Shown here: positions 8,396 through 18,650 of the stretch, piece by piece
Layout: every line of letters starts with the position of its first letter
Position numbering within the stretch: position 1 is the stretch's first letter
Assembly: GCA_964648415.1 (NCBI GenBank)
Contig: CAZYOC010000003.1
Span: forward strand, 1-48,832
Origin: an uncultured bacterium
Lineage (GTDB): Bacteria > Electryoneota > Electryoneia > Electryoneales > Electryoneaceae
Length of the DNA stretch: 48,832 bases
Reading direction: 5' to 3'
Program-made: the position numbers and the translations under genes
The notes under the pieces: model-generated
Databases searched by the model: none
Told to the model about the DNA's origin: nothing
Seen by the model: the letters and a program-made list of their open reading frames with translations, nothing else

Positions 8396-10021
8396 CTACA
8401 TCGTATTGAGCCACTGGCCCTGGGCCTGGGCTTGCGATACCGCGGATTCCATCGCCAGGAATTGACGCTCCAGCCTCTCGCGAATCGTCTCCAGGCGACG
8501 CTCCCAGCCCAGCAAGTCGTCATCAATACTATCGATCTGGTCTTCATAGGCATCCTTGACAACCTTGATCAACCCGTCAATCGAATCGGTCCATTGATCG
8601 ATCTGGTTGGCGGATTGCGTTGTCACCGGGTCACCGATTCGCACGGTAGCCGTTTCGCTGCCGGCGCCTCCGCCCGGATAATTAAAGAGTATTCTCAATC
8701 CTTCAACATCTGTGTCATTCTTTCCTACCAGCAGATTGCCGTTTTCGACGCGAGCCGTATAGCCGCCAATCGTACCGGAAGTCAGTTTCCCGGAGGCGTC
8801 CCAGTTCGCTGTTACTTTATATTCCCCGCCCCGAGTGGCAATCGTGCTGGCAAAATATTCATACGTTCCCGAAGTGGACCCGTTATCCCGGACGAACAGG
8901 TTGACCACCGCGTACAGTTCCTCTTCCATTGCCTCTTGCAGTTTCGTCTTGTTCAGAGCCAACTGCCCGCCGGCGCCAACCTTGACTCCCACAGAGGACA
9001 GGTTGTTATACCTGGCCCCATCCTCAAGACCGGGAACCTCATCCGACGCGATCCGCATCAGGGCCGCTTTGACAGAAGATGCGCGTCCGTCCCCCATCAG
9101 AATACCCTGGATCTCATTCTCTTCGTCATACCGGGTTTTTGCGGATATTTCCAGCATCACTGCGTTATACGCCTCCACCCACGCCTCGATATCCGCTTTC
9201 ATGGAGGTATAGTCTTCATTGATGTTGATGGTCTCGGTCAAGCCGGTGTTCGTCGCTTTCAAAGTCAGCGTCACACCCTGGATGATATCATCAATCATAT
9301 TCGATTCACGGGTGATCCAGGATCCCGCCGGATACCCATCCACCCGCAGCTCGGCGTCCTGCGCCGTCTGTGTTGTCACCCAGTTTGCCGAATCAAACGC
9401 ATTCGACGCGATCGTCGTACTCACATCGTTGATGGAAATGGTATTCCCGGAGCCGGTTTCATCAGAGGACAGCACCAGGTGAATCGGATTTGTCGCGCTG
9501 CCATCATCGATGGTGGACGCGGTCACACCCGGATTGTCACTGGCCCGGTTGATTTTGGACACGAGATCCGCCAAGGTCGCCCCGGAGCCGAGTGTTATAG
9601 AATAGTCCGTACCGCCAAACGCATAGGTGAACGTATTCCCGGATCCCGTCAAGGATGTCGAGTTTACATCCGCCCAGCCGGTATCATGCACAAAGATGTG
9701 GGCCTGGGCGAGCGCGTTCACCTCGATGGTATGCGACGACGCCACGGCATCTGCGGTTGCCGTAGCGGTTACGATGGACGTGTCGGTGCTGGTCGCTCGC
9801 ATCTGCAGCAACTCGTCACGCGCATCCATCGTCTTGGATTTCGCCGCCAACGCCTCAAGCTTGCCCTGGATCGCGGTCCAGGCGTCACGCTTGGCCTTGA
9901 GATTATCCTGCTTGTTCAGCAGCCGTTCTACCGGTTGACTTTCGATGATCATCATCTGGTCAACGGTGTCGGCCCACTGAATGCCGGAGGACAACCCTGT
10001 GATGGTGGTGCTTGACGCCAT
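8396..10021 (-). CDS. fliD: Flagellar filament cap protein FliD
   Basis: ITGLSSGI N-terminus, VNALAQA, AQDA..VDG, SN...IIQGVTLTL, and C-terminal QFLAMESAVSQ. Confidence 0.95.
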   Translation of the reverse strand: MASSTTITGLSSGIQWADTVDQMMIIESQPVERLLNKQDNLKAKRDAWTAIQGKLEALAAKSKTMDARDELLQMRATSTDTSIVTATATADAVASSHTIEVNALAQAHIFVHDTGWADVNSTSLTGSGNTFTYAFGGTDYSITLGSGATLADLVSKINRASDNPGVTASTIDDGSATNPIHLVLSSDETGSGNTISINDVSTTIASNAFDSANWVTTQTAQDAELRVDGYPAGSWITRESNMIDDIIQGVTLTLKATNTGLTETININEDYTSMKADIEAWVEAYNAVMLEISAKTRYDEENEIQGILMGDGRASSVKAALMRIASDEVPGLEDGARYNNLSSVGVKVGAGGQLALNKTKLQEAMEEELYAVVNLFVRDNGSTSGTYEYFASTIATRGGEYKVTANWDASGKLTSGTIGGYTARVENGNLLVGKNDTDVEGLRILFNYPGGGAGSETATVRIGDPVTTQSANQIDQWTDSIDGLIKVVKDAYEDQIDSIDDDLLGWERRLETIRERLERQFLAMESAVSQAQAQGQWLNTM

Positions 10022-10088
10022 GCCCAACCTCGCTCAGGAGGCGGGACCAAACGACTAAACCACTGATTTTCTTTGACAAAGAGCGCAC

Positions 10089-10145
10089 AAAAAACACCCG
10101 TGGATGCGCTGTTCCCCAGCCTGGAACCTGCGCTTTCCACGGGTG
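10089..10145 (-). terminator. Long-stem intrinsic terminator after fliC
   Basis: Minus strand CACCCGTGGA...TCCACGGGTG (perfect 10-bp base with extended inner pairing) followed by T6. Confidence 0.75.
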
Positions 10146-10226
10146 GTAATCTCGAATGGCAAATCTGTTGTCAAGCCCTGCGACGGTTTTTAAGGAACCG
10201 CCCTAACCGTCCTCTGCAAGTCTGGG

Positions 10227-11066
10227 TTACCCGATCAGGCCCGCTACCATTTGCGGAACCATGTTCGCTTGCGCCAACATCGAGATACCCGAATTGAAGA
10301 GGATCTGCGAGCGGACGAAGTTACTCATTTCGGCCGCAATGTCGGCGTCACGAATCATGGACTCGGAAGCGACTGCGTTCTCCTTCGAGATCTTCAGGTT
10401 CAGGAGGGTATTCTGCAGACGCTCCACGTACGAACCAACCTTGGTGCGTTCCGTGTCCTTGTTGTCAATCGCGGTGTCCAGCGAGTCGATCGTGCTCTGG
10501 GCCGAAACGGTGTTCAACAGGTTCGTTCCGGACAGCCCCAGGGCGCTCGACCGCAGGTCGCCGATGTTGACGTAGTAGTAGTCCTGATTGTTCGTGTTGT
10601 ACGTACCGATGTGGAACTTGAGTCCGGTCGTTCCTTCGGAGTACTCGCCGTTAATCAGGTACAACCCGTTGTAGTTGGTGGTGTTGGCAATCCGATCGAT
10701 TTCCGATTTCAACTGTTGGAACTCAACGTTGAGGTAGGTACGATCGAGACTCGTCAGAGCACCGTTCGAAGCTTCGATGGCCAGCGCGCGCATCCGGATC
10801 AACTTCTCGTCGATCACCGACATGGCGCCTTCTGCGGTGGCCAAAAGGTTAATGTTGTAGTTTGTGTTGCGCTCCGCTTCATCCATCGAAGCGATCTGCG
10901 CACGCATCCGTTCACTCACCGCCAATCCGGCGGGGTCGTCCCACGCATAGTTTACCCGGAGACCAGACGACAGCCGCGTCACCGCGCTGTCCAAATCGTT
11001 CTGGCTCATCCAGACATTCCTTTGCGCAGTCAGGGAGAGTACGTTGTGGTTAATGCGCGTACTCAT
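10227..11066 (-). CDS. fliC: Flagellin (short, essentially D0/D1 only)
   Basis: RINHN, RLSSGLR, DDPAGLAVSE, and C-terminal ESMIRDADIAAEM...MLAQAN. RBS AAGGAGG. Confidence 0.97.
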   Translation of the reverse strand: MSTRINHNVLSLTAQRNVWMSQNDLDSAVTRLSSGLRVNYAWDDPAGLAVSERMRAQIASMDEAERNTNYNINLLATAEGAMSVIDEKLIRMRALAIEASNGALTSLDRTYLNVEFQQLKSEIDRIANTTNYNGLYLINGEYSEGTTGLKFHIGTYNTNNQDYYYVNIGDLRSSALGLSGTNLLNTVSAQSTIDSLDTAIDNKDTERTKVGSYVERLQNTLLNLKISKENAVASESMIRDADIAAEMSNFVRSQILFNSGISMLAQANMVPQMVAGLIG

Positions 11067-11117
11067 AGGAACACCTCCTTGCCTATGACTGAGTTTTGGA
11101 ACCCCTTGCTGATCCTA

Positions 11118-11144
11118 TTATCGGAACCAGCAGGAAAACCTTTA
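11118..11144 (-). promoter_or_regulatory. Sigma28 (FliA) promoter of fliC
   Basis: Minus strand TAAA-N15-TCCGATAA, against the consensus TAAA-N15-GCCGATAA. Confidence 0.9.
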
Positions 11145-11243
11145 CTTCAGCAAGGCCCGAAGCGCTCCTTGAAGTTCATGCTAACCAGCGCAAACACAAA
11201 AAACACGAAGAGCGTCTGCAGCTTGTCAAAGAGCATCAGGCGA

Positions 11244-11639
11244 TCAGCCGATACGGTCCAGCCGTTTGCCCGTCCTTCTTAGCACAGTTTCGCCTACCGA
11301 ATGCCGCAACCGGTTCTCCCGACGGAGACCGTTGCCACGCTCTCGGAGACGGTCCATGCGAGCCGCAAGCGCAGCCTGGAGATCCTTCTCACTCTCCCGG
11401 ATACGCGCGACCATGTGTCGATGGTTCTTGGATAACTTGCGTTTACGTGTCTTCGCCTGCCTGCCGTCAAACGCCGGAAGCGGTTGCCCGGAATCGAACC
11501 CGAACCATTCGCACAGGTTTTCTCCCCTGCGCCGGAGAGCGTCCTGCACCTTCTGGTCGAAGTCGATCTTTGCGCCCCGGGTCGCGTCTTCCGTCGCCTC
11601 CAGGATCGCAGCCAGCAATTCTTCCGTACGCTGCTTCAT
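11244..11639 (-). CDS. Small helical protein, possibly FliT-like
   Basis: 131 aa, helical and charged, last gene before fliC. The family assignment is positional only. Confidence 0.5.
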   Translation of the reverse strand: MKQRTEELLAAILEATEDATRGAKIDFDQKVQDALRRRGENLCEWFGFDSGQPLPAFDGRQAKTRKRKLSKNHRHMVARIRESEKDLQAALAARMDRLRERGNGLRRENRLRHSVGETVLRRTGKRLDRIG

Positions 11640-11642
11640 GGA

Positions 11643-12260
11643 TCAGGCGGCTCCCTTGCCGCTCCGCGCCACGAGCTGATGCAGCATCTTACCCCAGGTT
11701 TCCATCACCGGAGTCAGCTCGTACTCGATCAGGTCGGCGATCAAGATGTTGTCGCCCTGGTTCTGAGCTTCCAGGATCTCATCGAGCATTCCGCTGATCT
11801 GCTGCATCGCCTCGTCCATGTGAGTCCCGTCCTCGATCACGGTGTCGCCTTTCAGCTTCAACAGGTTGGCCACCGAGTAGCTGGTGCGCAGCACGATCTG
11901 CAGCCCATCGAGACACTGGGCGAAGATCTGGTTGGACTTCTCCACATCGCCCATCCGGTATTCTTCCGCCGCCTTGCTCAACGCCGTCATCAGGGAGCCG
12001 TGAAAATCCTCCAGGCTTTTCGCCGTATCGCCGGCCAGGTTCCGCGTGTCGCCGGTCGTCACTTCCAGCCGGCTGTGACTTTGAGCCATCGCTTCCTGCT
12101 GGTCAAAGCGCCCGGTGACATCCTCGCCGTCCAGGTTCACCTTGACTATGCTCTTTTCGTCGGGAATGCCCTTGGACACCGCCTTGACCACATCCGCCAC
12201 GGTTTCCGTACCCGCCAGCGGCTGGTCCACCGGTTTCCCGTCCACAACAATACTTACCAT
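11643..12260 (-). CDS. Conserved hypothetical protein of flagellin-modification loci
   Basis: RBS GGAGG. Begins IVVDG and ends with DNILIADLIEYEL, a motif I recall from Maf-associated proteins. Confidence 0.75.
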   Translation of the reverse strand: MVSIVVDGKPVDQPLAGTETVADVVKAVSKGIPDEKSIVKVNLDGEDVTGRFDQQEAMAQSHSRLEVTTGDTRNLAGDTAKSLEDFHGSLMTALSKAAEEYRMGDVEKSNQIFAQCLDGLQIVLRTSYSVANLLKLKGDTVIEDGTHMDEAMQQISGMLDEILEAQNQGDNILIADLIEYELTPVMETWGKMLHQLVARSGKGAA

Positions 12261-15256
12261 GCTTCACCTCCTTGCAGGCTGACCACTGAACGGCCGACAA
12301 CCCGTCGTACTCGTTCGAGAATCGTCTTCGCCCTGCGGTCGTATGTATGTGCTTTCTGTATGCGTTCTCGCGCTTTCGCCGTCACTCTCCTGCCAAATTC
12401 CGGGTGATCCTTCAGGTATTGAAGCTTGTTCGCCGCCTCTTCCGGATGATCAAACGTCAGGCATTCCCGGTCGTGATCAAACAATTCACCCAGGTCCTCC
12501 TGGTCGTCGGTCAGCAGTACGCCGCCGCACGCCGGGATGTCGAAGACCCGCTGGTTCACCGCGGTCGGCATCTGGAAACTGGTCACATTCAAGTGAATCC
12601 CGCCCCGGTACACCGCCGGTAACCCATCCGGATACGATACCGGTCCTTCCCAGGTGATATTGGGCGCCAGCAACCTCCACCCTTCATCCCCGTAAAGCAC
12701 CAGATCCGAACGGCGGCATTCCATCGCCAGTCTGCGCCGCATCTGCAACGTCGCCCCCAGCGCCACAGCGGAAGCGTAGGTCCACCGCTGTAAACCATCC
12801 CAATGGGACAGGTCAGCGTCCAACGCCGTAGCTGCGATTTCCAATGCCACTGTGGATTCCACACGCCCGGCGAGCTGGATCTCAATCGCTTTTTCATAGA
12901 GCGGATCGTGCCCGCCGTTCAAACCGGCTTTTTTCTTCCACTCCTGCGTGGGCGACAGCATGGAGTTAACGATCCAACGCACCTCTCCCCTGCCGCCATC
13001 GTTCCCCGGGGTAAACCGCGCCGGATCCGTCGCCAGCGGCAGGAACTCCACATGCTCGAACCCGTACGCCTCGATTTCCGCCAGCGTCGCCCGCTCCCAG
13101 GTGAACAGGAAAGCGCGCTCGGTCGGCCCCACCTCATGGTTCAACAGGATGAAGCCCGGCCGGTCCACGTACCAGGACGCATACGGCAGCTCGATCTGGT
13201 CCAGCAGATTCGCCAGCTCACCCTCGCTGTCGAAGCCCAGGTGATTGATGGTCACCAGCAGGTCGGCGGACAAGCTCGCCTCAAGCAGCTCCCTGATGAA
13301 GTTCGGGTTATTCTCGTAACGCAGCTCCGTCACCTTGTGCCCCAGCCGACGGAAGGCGTCGATCAATTCCTGCTGAATGAAATAGGTTTCACGCGGGAAC
13401 AGGATGTGCAGCCGCTCTCCCCGCATACGAGGCCGCTTCAAGGCGCTCGCGCCGGTCAGTGATGCTTCTGCCTTGGGTACGGGACGCGTTTCCGGCTCGA
13501 CAGGCGGCATCGCGGATTCAGAGATCGTTCCCGCCTCCAGCTCCCGCCAGGCGGGCAGCAGTTGCTCGAGCAGATCCGCCGCCCCATCGGCGTTCAATGC
13601 CAGGTTCCGGTAAATCTGTTCCGTCTCTCTGGATTGCACCGCCAGATCGTTCGGTGTCAGGTTGCCCGCCTCGAAATGGAACAGCAGCATCAGGGGCCGC
13701 CAGAGATCATTCGCCAGCAGCGTATCTTCCAATTGACGATCCAGGTCCGCAATGGCCCTGCCGACCTGCTGCATCCGCGCATGGTTCCGCTGTACATCTG
13801 TGGATAATTCTTCCAGTTCAACGGCGAGGCTCTGCCCGATCCGGCCCTTCTCCGCAATGCCGCGCACGGCGGGTATGTCCCGATTCAGAAAACGTTGCAG
13901 CAAATCAGGCGGACAGGGACCGTACGCCTCAAACAGGGTGCGCGCCAAGTGATTGACGTGGAACCCGTCGGGACGGATGCCCGGTTCAAAACGAGTCTTC
14001 CACAGCTCCCGGAAGGTCTCCCGCACTACACGGTCCCGGCTGACAGGAATGCGTGTCAACGGCTGCTTCTTCCACCAGTTGTCCTCGTCAAAACCGCTCC
14101 GCCACAGCACCACGCCTAGGGTCAACTCGCCCGGCTCGTAGCGCTCCTTCACTCGGTCGTGCAGCATATCCAGCGACAACGTCGTGATGTCGTCCACCGT
14201 AATCGCCTTGTGGCAATCGAGATGCGGACAGGTGACATGGAAACTGCACGGGAAACAGGACACATTGGGCTCAACAATCAGGTTGCCATCGCCGTAAGGG
14301 CCGGTTTCATCGGACAAGGCCGAGCAGAGGGTGATCACCAGGCTGCGTGAACCCACCGCCTGCGCCAGGTGCATGGTTCCGGTGTCGTTCGTGACCAGCA
14401 GATCGGCGCTCTTCAACCAGGCCGCCAGGACCGGGATATTCGTTTGTCCGGCGAGCAGCGTCGAGCCCTCCCCCATCGCTTCCATGGCCTCTTCTGCCAA
14501 CGGGATTTCAGACCTGGTCCCGACGAACAGCACATGCGCGCCGGTCTGTTCACGAAGCCTGCGTCCGACCTCGCCGAACTTCTCCGGCTCCCAGCGTTTG
14601 TTGTGTTCCGACGCTCCGCACTGCATGACGATTCGAGGGCCGGTCGTGTTTTGGAGCCCCATCTCAGCTTCCAAGGCCCGGAAGCACGCCGTCGCTTCGT
14701 CGGGTACGGCATAGCGCATCACGCTACGCTTCGTCCGGCCGCCCAGCCCGTCGCCGGTTCCCACCATCACATCCACGAGATGGAAGGGGTTCAAGTGGCG
14801 GTTCAGGTTGCCCGCGAAGAAATACCGCGCCCAGGTATTGGGAATGGCCCGGTAGCCCTGTTTGTCCAGGGTCAACCCGCCCAGCACCGGCCCCTTCATC
14901 AGCCAGCTTAATACGGACGTGACATCTGTATGGCTGACGTTATAGATCGCCTCGTAGGATACCTCAAGCAGCGGTTGAAGGGTCTTCCGAAAGTCTCTCA
15001 GGATGGAAACCATCGGCAACCGGTCCGCCTTCTTCGCGGCTTCCACCGCCAGTGTCGTCAGGACGTTGTAATCCACCGGAACCACCCGGTCCCAGCCCAT
15101 GCCCTCCGCGACCGGAGCATAGCCGCTGGTGGCAAGCAGATGGATCTCCCGGCCGGGATACATCTCCCGCAACCGGTCCAGCAGCGGCCCGGTCATCAGC
15201 ACGTCACCCATACGGGTCAGGTTGATGACGGCGATCTTGTTGACTGTACCGCTCAT
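12254..15256 (-). CDS. Fusion of GT9 (heptosyltransferase-like), helical linker and DUF3880/CgeB-like glycosyltransferase
   Basis: N-terminal LTRMGDVLM and VTNDTGTMHLA (GT9). C-terminal WYVDRP, LPLATD, VNQRVFDIPACGG and HTYDRRA (CgeB/Glyco_trans_1_2). Confidence 0.88.
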   Translation of the reverse strand: MSGTVNKIAVINLTRMGDVLMTGPLLDRLREMYPGREIHLLATSGYAPVAEGMGWDRVVPVDYNVLTTLAVEAAKKADRLPMVSILRDFRKTLQPLLEVSYEAIYNVSHTDVTSVLSWLMKGPVLGGLTLDKQGYRAIPNTWARYFFAGNLNRHLNPFHLVDVMVGTGDGLGGRTKRSVMRYAVPDEATACFRALEAEMGLQNTTGPRIVMQCGASEHNKRWEPEKFGEVGRRLREQTGAHVLFVGTRSEIPLAEEAMEAMGEGSTLLAGQTNIPVLAAWLKSADLLVTNDTGTMHLAQAVGSRSLVITLCSALSDETGPYGDGNLIVEPNVSCFPCSFHVTCPHLDCHKAITVDDITTLSLDMLHDRVKERYEPGELTLGVVLWRSGFDEDNWWKKQPLTRIPVSRDRVVRETFRELWKTRFEPGIRPDGFHVNHLARTLFEAYGPCPPDLLQRFLNRDIPAVRGIAEKGRIGQSLAVELEELSTDVQRNHARMQQVGRAIADLDRQLEDTLLANDLWRPLMLLFHFEAGNLTPNDLAVQSRETEQIYRNLALNADGAADLLEQLLPAWRELEAGTISESAMPPVEPETRPVPKAEASLTGASALKRPRMRGERLHILFPRETYFIQQELIDAFRRLGHKVTELRYENNPNFIRELLEASLSADLLVTINHLGFDSEGELANLLDQIELPYASWYVDRPGFILLNHEVGPTERAFLFTWERATLAEIEAYGFEHVEFLPLATDPARFTPGNDGGRGEVRWIVNSMLSPTQEWKKKAGLNGGHDPLYEKAIEIQLAGRVESTVALEIAATALDADLSHWDGLQRWTYASAVALGATLQMRRRLAMECRRSDLVLYGDEGWRLLAPNITWEGPVSYPDGLPAVYRGGIHLNVTSFQMPTAVNQRVFDIPACGGVLLTDDQEDLGELFDHDRECLTFDHPEEAANKLQYLKDHPEFGRRVTAKARERIQKAHTYDRRAKTILERVRRVVGRSVVSLQGGEAW

Positions 15257-16830
15257 GCCGCCGCCTCCGCCGCTTTGTCACCCGCCAGGACACGCAATGC
15301 GTGAGCCCAACGCCGGAGACGCTCGGTCCCTTTCCCCCGAAGCGCGTCACGCCCCCCGGCATACAGAGTTTCGCGCTCCAGCCGGCAGGTCAGCAACATT
15401 CCACGCACCCATTGCGCCTGTTCTTCGATCTCCTGAAGCAGCTTCTCCACCTGCGCCAGTAATTCCGCCACGGGTTCATCATCCGCGGACTCGAACAGCC
15501 TGGTTATCTCGTCCAGCAGCAGGGCCGTTTTCAGCAGAAACAGCCGCTCCGCCGGGGGCAATCCGGCAAGTGGGATCATCGTACGAAACGCTTCGTCGTT
15601 GTCGTCGAGAACGCCGCGCCAAAACGTTCTCACGGCATCCATATCAAATTGCTGGTGCGGTTCCGCCTTGCCGCTGTATAGCGTTCGCACCACCTGGTCG
15701 CCGTTGGGATCGATATCTGTAATGCGCAACCGGTAACGCCCTCCGGCATTCTGTAATGCCTCCAGCCGTGGAGGCCGTTTTTCCAATACAGCCATCGCGG
15801 TTTCATAAACAGCGTCCACCGGTATCAGCTCCCCGCAGGTACAGACGGGGCAGGGATTGGCTTCCGGGCAGGGATGGTTCGGGTGCAGCGTTTCCAGCAC
15901 ATAGTTCCCCGGCCTGAGCGGTGCGGTTCCTTCCGGGCGCACCATGGCCAGGGAGATGGACACCACCGGGGTTCCCAGCGCCGCGGCCACATGCGACGGC
16001 CCGGAATCGTTGGTGATCGCCAGATCCGCTTCGGCCAGCACCCCGGCAAAGGTGAACAGGTCTGTTTTCCCCGCCAGGTTGAGCACTTGATCCTCCGCCC
16101 CCTCGGCCACCTGCATGCACAGCTCCTCTTCGCTGGAAGACCCCAGCAGGATGGGTAAAATTCCATTGCGGGACAGAGCGTTGATAAGCTGAGAAAAGTG
16201 TTCCGCCGGCCAGCGGCGTTGCCGCACACTCGCACCGGGTGAAACCACGATCCGGGGACGCGGCAGGTGTTTCAGCAATTCACGCGCACTTTCTCGCGCT
16301 TCCGGGGCCACGCGGTCGAGATGGTATTCCATGGGGCCGGCCGGCTGCGTGACACCGCAGGAACGCCGATGGATATCCGCCAGGTTGAACGCATTCAACC
16401 GTCGAGAGGTCACCGCCGCGTAGAAATAGCGCATCCATGCGCCTCGCACGTTCTGGCCGTCACGTCTGGAGGCGATGCGACCCAGCTTCCGCTCGCCGCG
16501 AAGCTGATACGTAAGGATGGCCGAGAACAGAGTATGAGTCAGATTGCAGATCAGGTCGTACTCTGTACGCCGAAGCGTTTCCACCTGCCCGGCCAGCGCC
16601 TGGTACTGTTGGGTCAGGGTGGCGTCGTGATCGCGAAACGATTCCACCAGTGGTTCTTCATCCAGCGTGAGCACATGGTCCACCCCCGCCAGCCCGCGCG
16701 CGAACTCCGCCAGGTTGGCGTACACCAGCACAGACACCTCCGCCCCGAGCTGCTCTTTCAGCCCTTTCGCGGCGGGTGTCATCTGCACCAGGTCTCCCAT
16801 GCGGGAGAGGTTGACCAACAGCACTCTCAT
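15253..16830 (-). CDS. Glycosyltransferase family 9 with C-terminal extension
   Basis: LSRMGDLVQ, PGAS..RRWP and ITNDSGPSHVA. ATGA overlaps at both ends. Confidence 0.9.
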   Translation of the reverse strand: MRVLLVNLSRMGDLVQMTPAAKGLKEQLGAEVSVLVYANLAEFARGLAGVDHVLTLDEEPLVESFRDHDATLTQQYQALAGQVETLRRTEYDLICNLTHTLFSAILTYQLRGERKLGRIASRRDGQNVRGAWMRYFYAAVTSRRLNAFNLADIHRRSCGVTQPAGPMEYHLDRVAPEARESARELLKHLPRPRIVVSPGASVRQRRWPAEHFSQLINALSRNGILPILLGSSSEEELCMQVAEGAEDQVLNLAGKTDLFTFAGVLAEADLAITNDSGPSHVAAALGTPVVSISLAMVRPEGTAPLRPGNYVLETLHPNHPCPEANPCPVCTCGELIPVDAVYETAMAVLEKRPPRLEALQNAGGRYRLRITDIDPNGDQVVRTLYSGKAEPHQQFDMDAVRTFWRGVLDDNDEAFRTMIPLAGLPPAERLFLLKTALLLDEITRLFESADDEPVAELLAQVEKLLQEIEEQAQWVRGMLLTCRLERETLYAGGRDALRGKGTERLRRWAHALRVLAGDKAAEAAA

Positions 16831-18650
16831 GCGACGCCCTTCTCCTTGGCCCACTGGTAAAACTCGTTCATCAGCAGGAATACGGCTTCCGTTTCATCCA
16901 AATCGCCCTCGCCGTGCTTGACTTTTTCCGCAATGTCTTCCAGAGTCAGCTCGTCATCGGGCTCCCCCATTCTCCGGAAGAACTCAACCAGCTCGGGGTC
17001 GTCGCCCGCTTCCTCGGCCAGGGAATCCACCGTGTTCATCGGTGTTTCAGCAAACGCCGGTTCATGGCGCTCCAGGATGACTTCCAGCGCCTCCTGCATG
17101 CGGTGGACGTAGGTATGCTCTGCGAGCACCCTCTTCCGCCCCGCTTCGGCGATCTGAGCCGCTTCCTCAGGATGAGCGAGATAGTAGTCGATAGCGTCCC
17201 GGCAGGTGGTCAAATCGGTAAACGTCACCAGTTCCTTTCCCGGCTCGAACAGTTCCGGCAGCAGGGAGCGCTCGTCGACAAGCTGAAACGAGCCACTGGC
17301 GGCCAGTTCAAACGTCCTCGGGTTCACAAAATCGCCGTTGGGGTTCACGCCCTGCGTGTAGGTCGAGGAGTGCAGGTTGACATTGATCTTCGTGGCGTTG
17401 AAGATCTTGACCACTTCCTCAGTGCTGACCCTGCGGCCCTCATCCTGCAGCACCCGCGCCAGTCCCCCGCTGCCCTGCCAGTCGTTGCCCCAGAGCTTGA
17501 AATGGTAGTCCAGCAGCCCCAGGAAGAAGTGCCGGCGGTTGTAATAGCCCGCGCCCATGTGGCTGATGTCGCTGCCGTAGCGGATGCGGTCTTCTTCCGA
17601 CAACTCCACCGATCGATGCACCTCGGGGTCTGCCGCCATGGGCAGGTAATGCGTGTCCCGAGCTCCGGCGCGCTTCAGATCCTCCTCGAACTCGCCCTTC
17701 TGGATGTGGAAGAAGACATCGTACAGCGGCGCAACCCGCAGGCCGTATTCCATCAGGCGGCCGTCCTCCACGAACCAGAAGGCTGTGGGAATGCCGAACC
17801 GCCGCAGTTCCTGCAACACCTCCGGTGTGGCCGGGGCCTGCGCCATGAAGAGCACAATCTGCGCCTTCATGTCCACCGCCTTCGCGGTGACCGACTCCGC
17901 CATCAACGTGCTGAACAGGCCCTGGAGCTGGTTCTGGTGCTCCAGGTTGCGGGTGATGGTTTCCAGTTGCACCCGTGCGGCGTCATAGATGCTGTTGTCG
18001 AGGAGTTCGACCTTGTGGCCGAGCTGACGGAGCGCGCGCACGACATGGTGCGTCACCGGCAGGCTGCCGCCATACAACGGCCCCACCACCAGCAGCCGCA
18101 GCTTGCGTCCCTGCAAGCGCGAGGCGCGGTTCAGCTCACGCGCCAGCTCATCGACGATCGCCGGCGCATACATCCTCGCCGAGGGGCTGACGATCACCTT
18201 CGCTCCGGCAGCCAGACCCTTCACGTGTTGCTTTAACTCTTCCGGATTATTATAGCAATATATCTTCACTTTACTCAACGAATCCGACAGGTCTCGCGCC
18301 TGCATCGCGGCGGCGAACACCTGGGCTTCAGGCTCGAATACGGTCAGTTCGAGATTCGGATGCAACGCGAGCAGCGCGTCGGGCAGATAGCCCAGGCCCA
18401 TCCCGATCAGCACCACTTTCTTCAGAGGCCGGCCTTCACCCGATAGCTTCTTTGCCAGCCCTTCGGCTTCACGCCGGGGATTGTAGCGGCTATGCACCGT
18501 CTGCCCGCGCACCAGCAGGGTCGGGTCGCCGTTGCGGGCATCCTGCACCGCACAGTCCGGGTGCGGACGACTCGCCAGAGCCGCCAACCGCTCGCCGTCA
18601 TCCTGCCCGGCGAGCGCGCTGATGTTTCGCTGCAAGACCTCAGGGTTCAT
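16827..18650 (-). CDS. Maf-like N-terminal domain fused to a CgeB/DUF3880-like glycosyltransferase
   Basis: HSRYNPRREA and IGMGLGY..VFEP (Maf N-terminal type). FWFVED, LPMAAD, NPRTFELAA and EHTYVHR. Start 18650 inferred from an ATGA overlap. Confidence 0.85.
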   Translation of the reverse strand: MNPEVLQRNISALAGQDDGERLAALASRPHPDCAVQDARNGDPTLLVRGQTVHSRYNPRREAEGLAKKLSGEGRPLKKVVLIGMGLGYLPDALLALHPNLELTVFEPEAQVFAAAMQARDLSDSLSKVKIYCYNNPEELKQHVKGLAAGAKVIVSPSARMYAPAIVDELARELNRASRLQGRKLRLLVVGPLYGGSLPVTHHVVRALRQLGHKVELLDNSIYDAARVQLETITRNLEHQNQLQGLFSTLMAESVTAKAVDMKAQIVLFMAQAPATPEVLQELRRFGIPTAFWFVEDGRLMEYGLRVAPLYDVFFHIQKGEFEEDLKRAGARDTHYLPMAADPEVHRSVELSEEDRIRYGSDISHMGAGYYNRRHFFLGLLDYHFKLWGNDWQGSGGLARVLQDEGRRVSTEEVVKIFNATKINVNLHSSTYTQGVNPNGDFVNPRTFELAASGSFQLVDERSLLPELFEPGKELVTFTDLTTCRDAIDYYLAHPEEAAQIAEAGRKRVLAEHTYVHRMQEALEVILERHEPAFAETPMNTVDSLAEEAGDDPELVEFFRRMGEPDDELTLEDIAEKVKHGEGDLDETEAVFLLMNEFYQWAKEKGVA

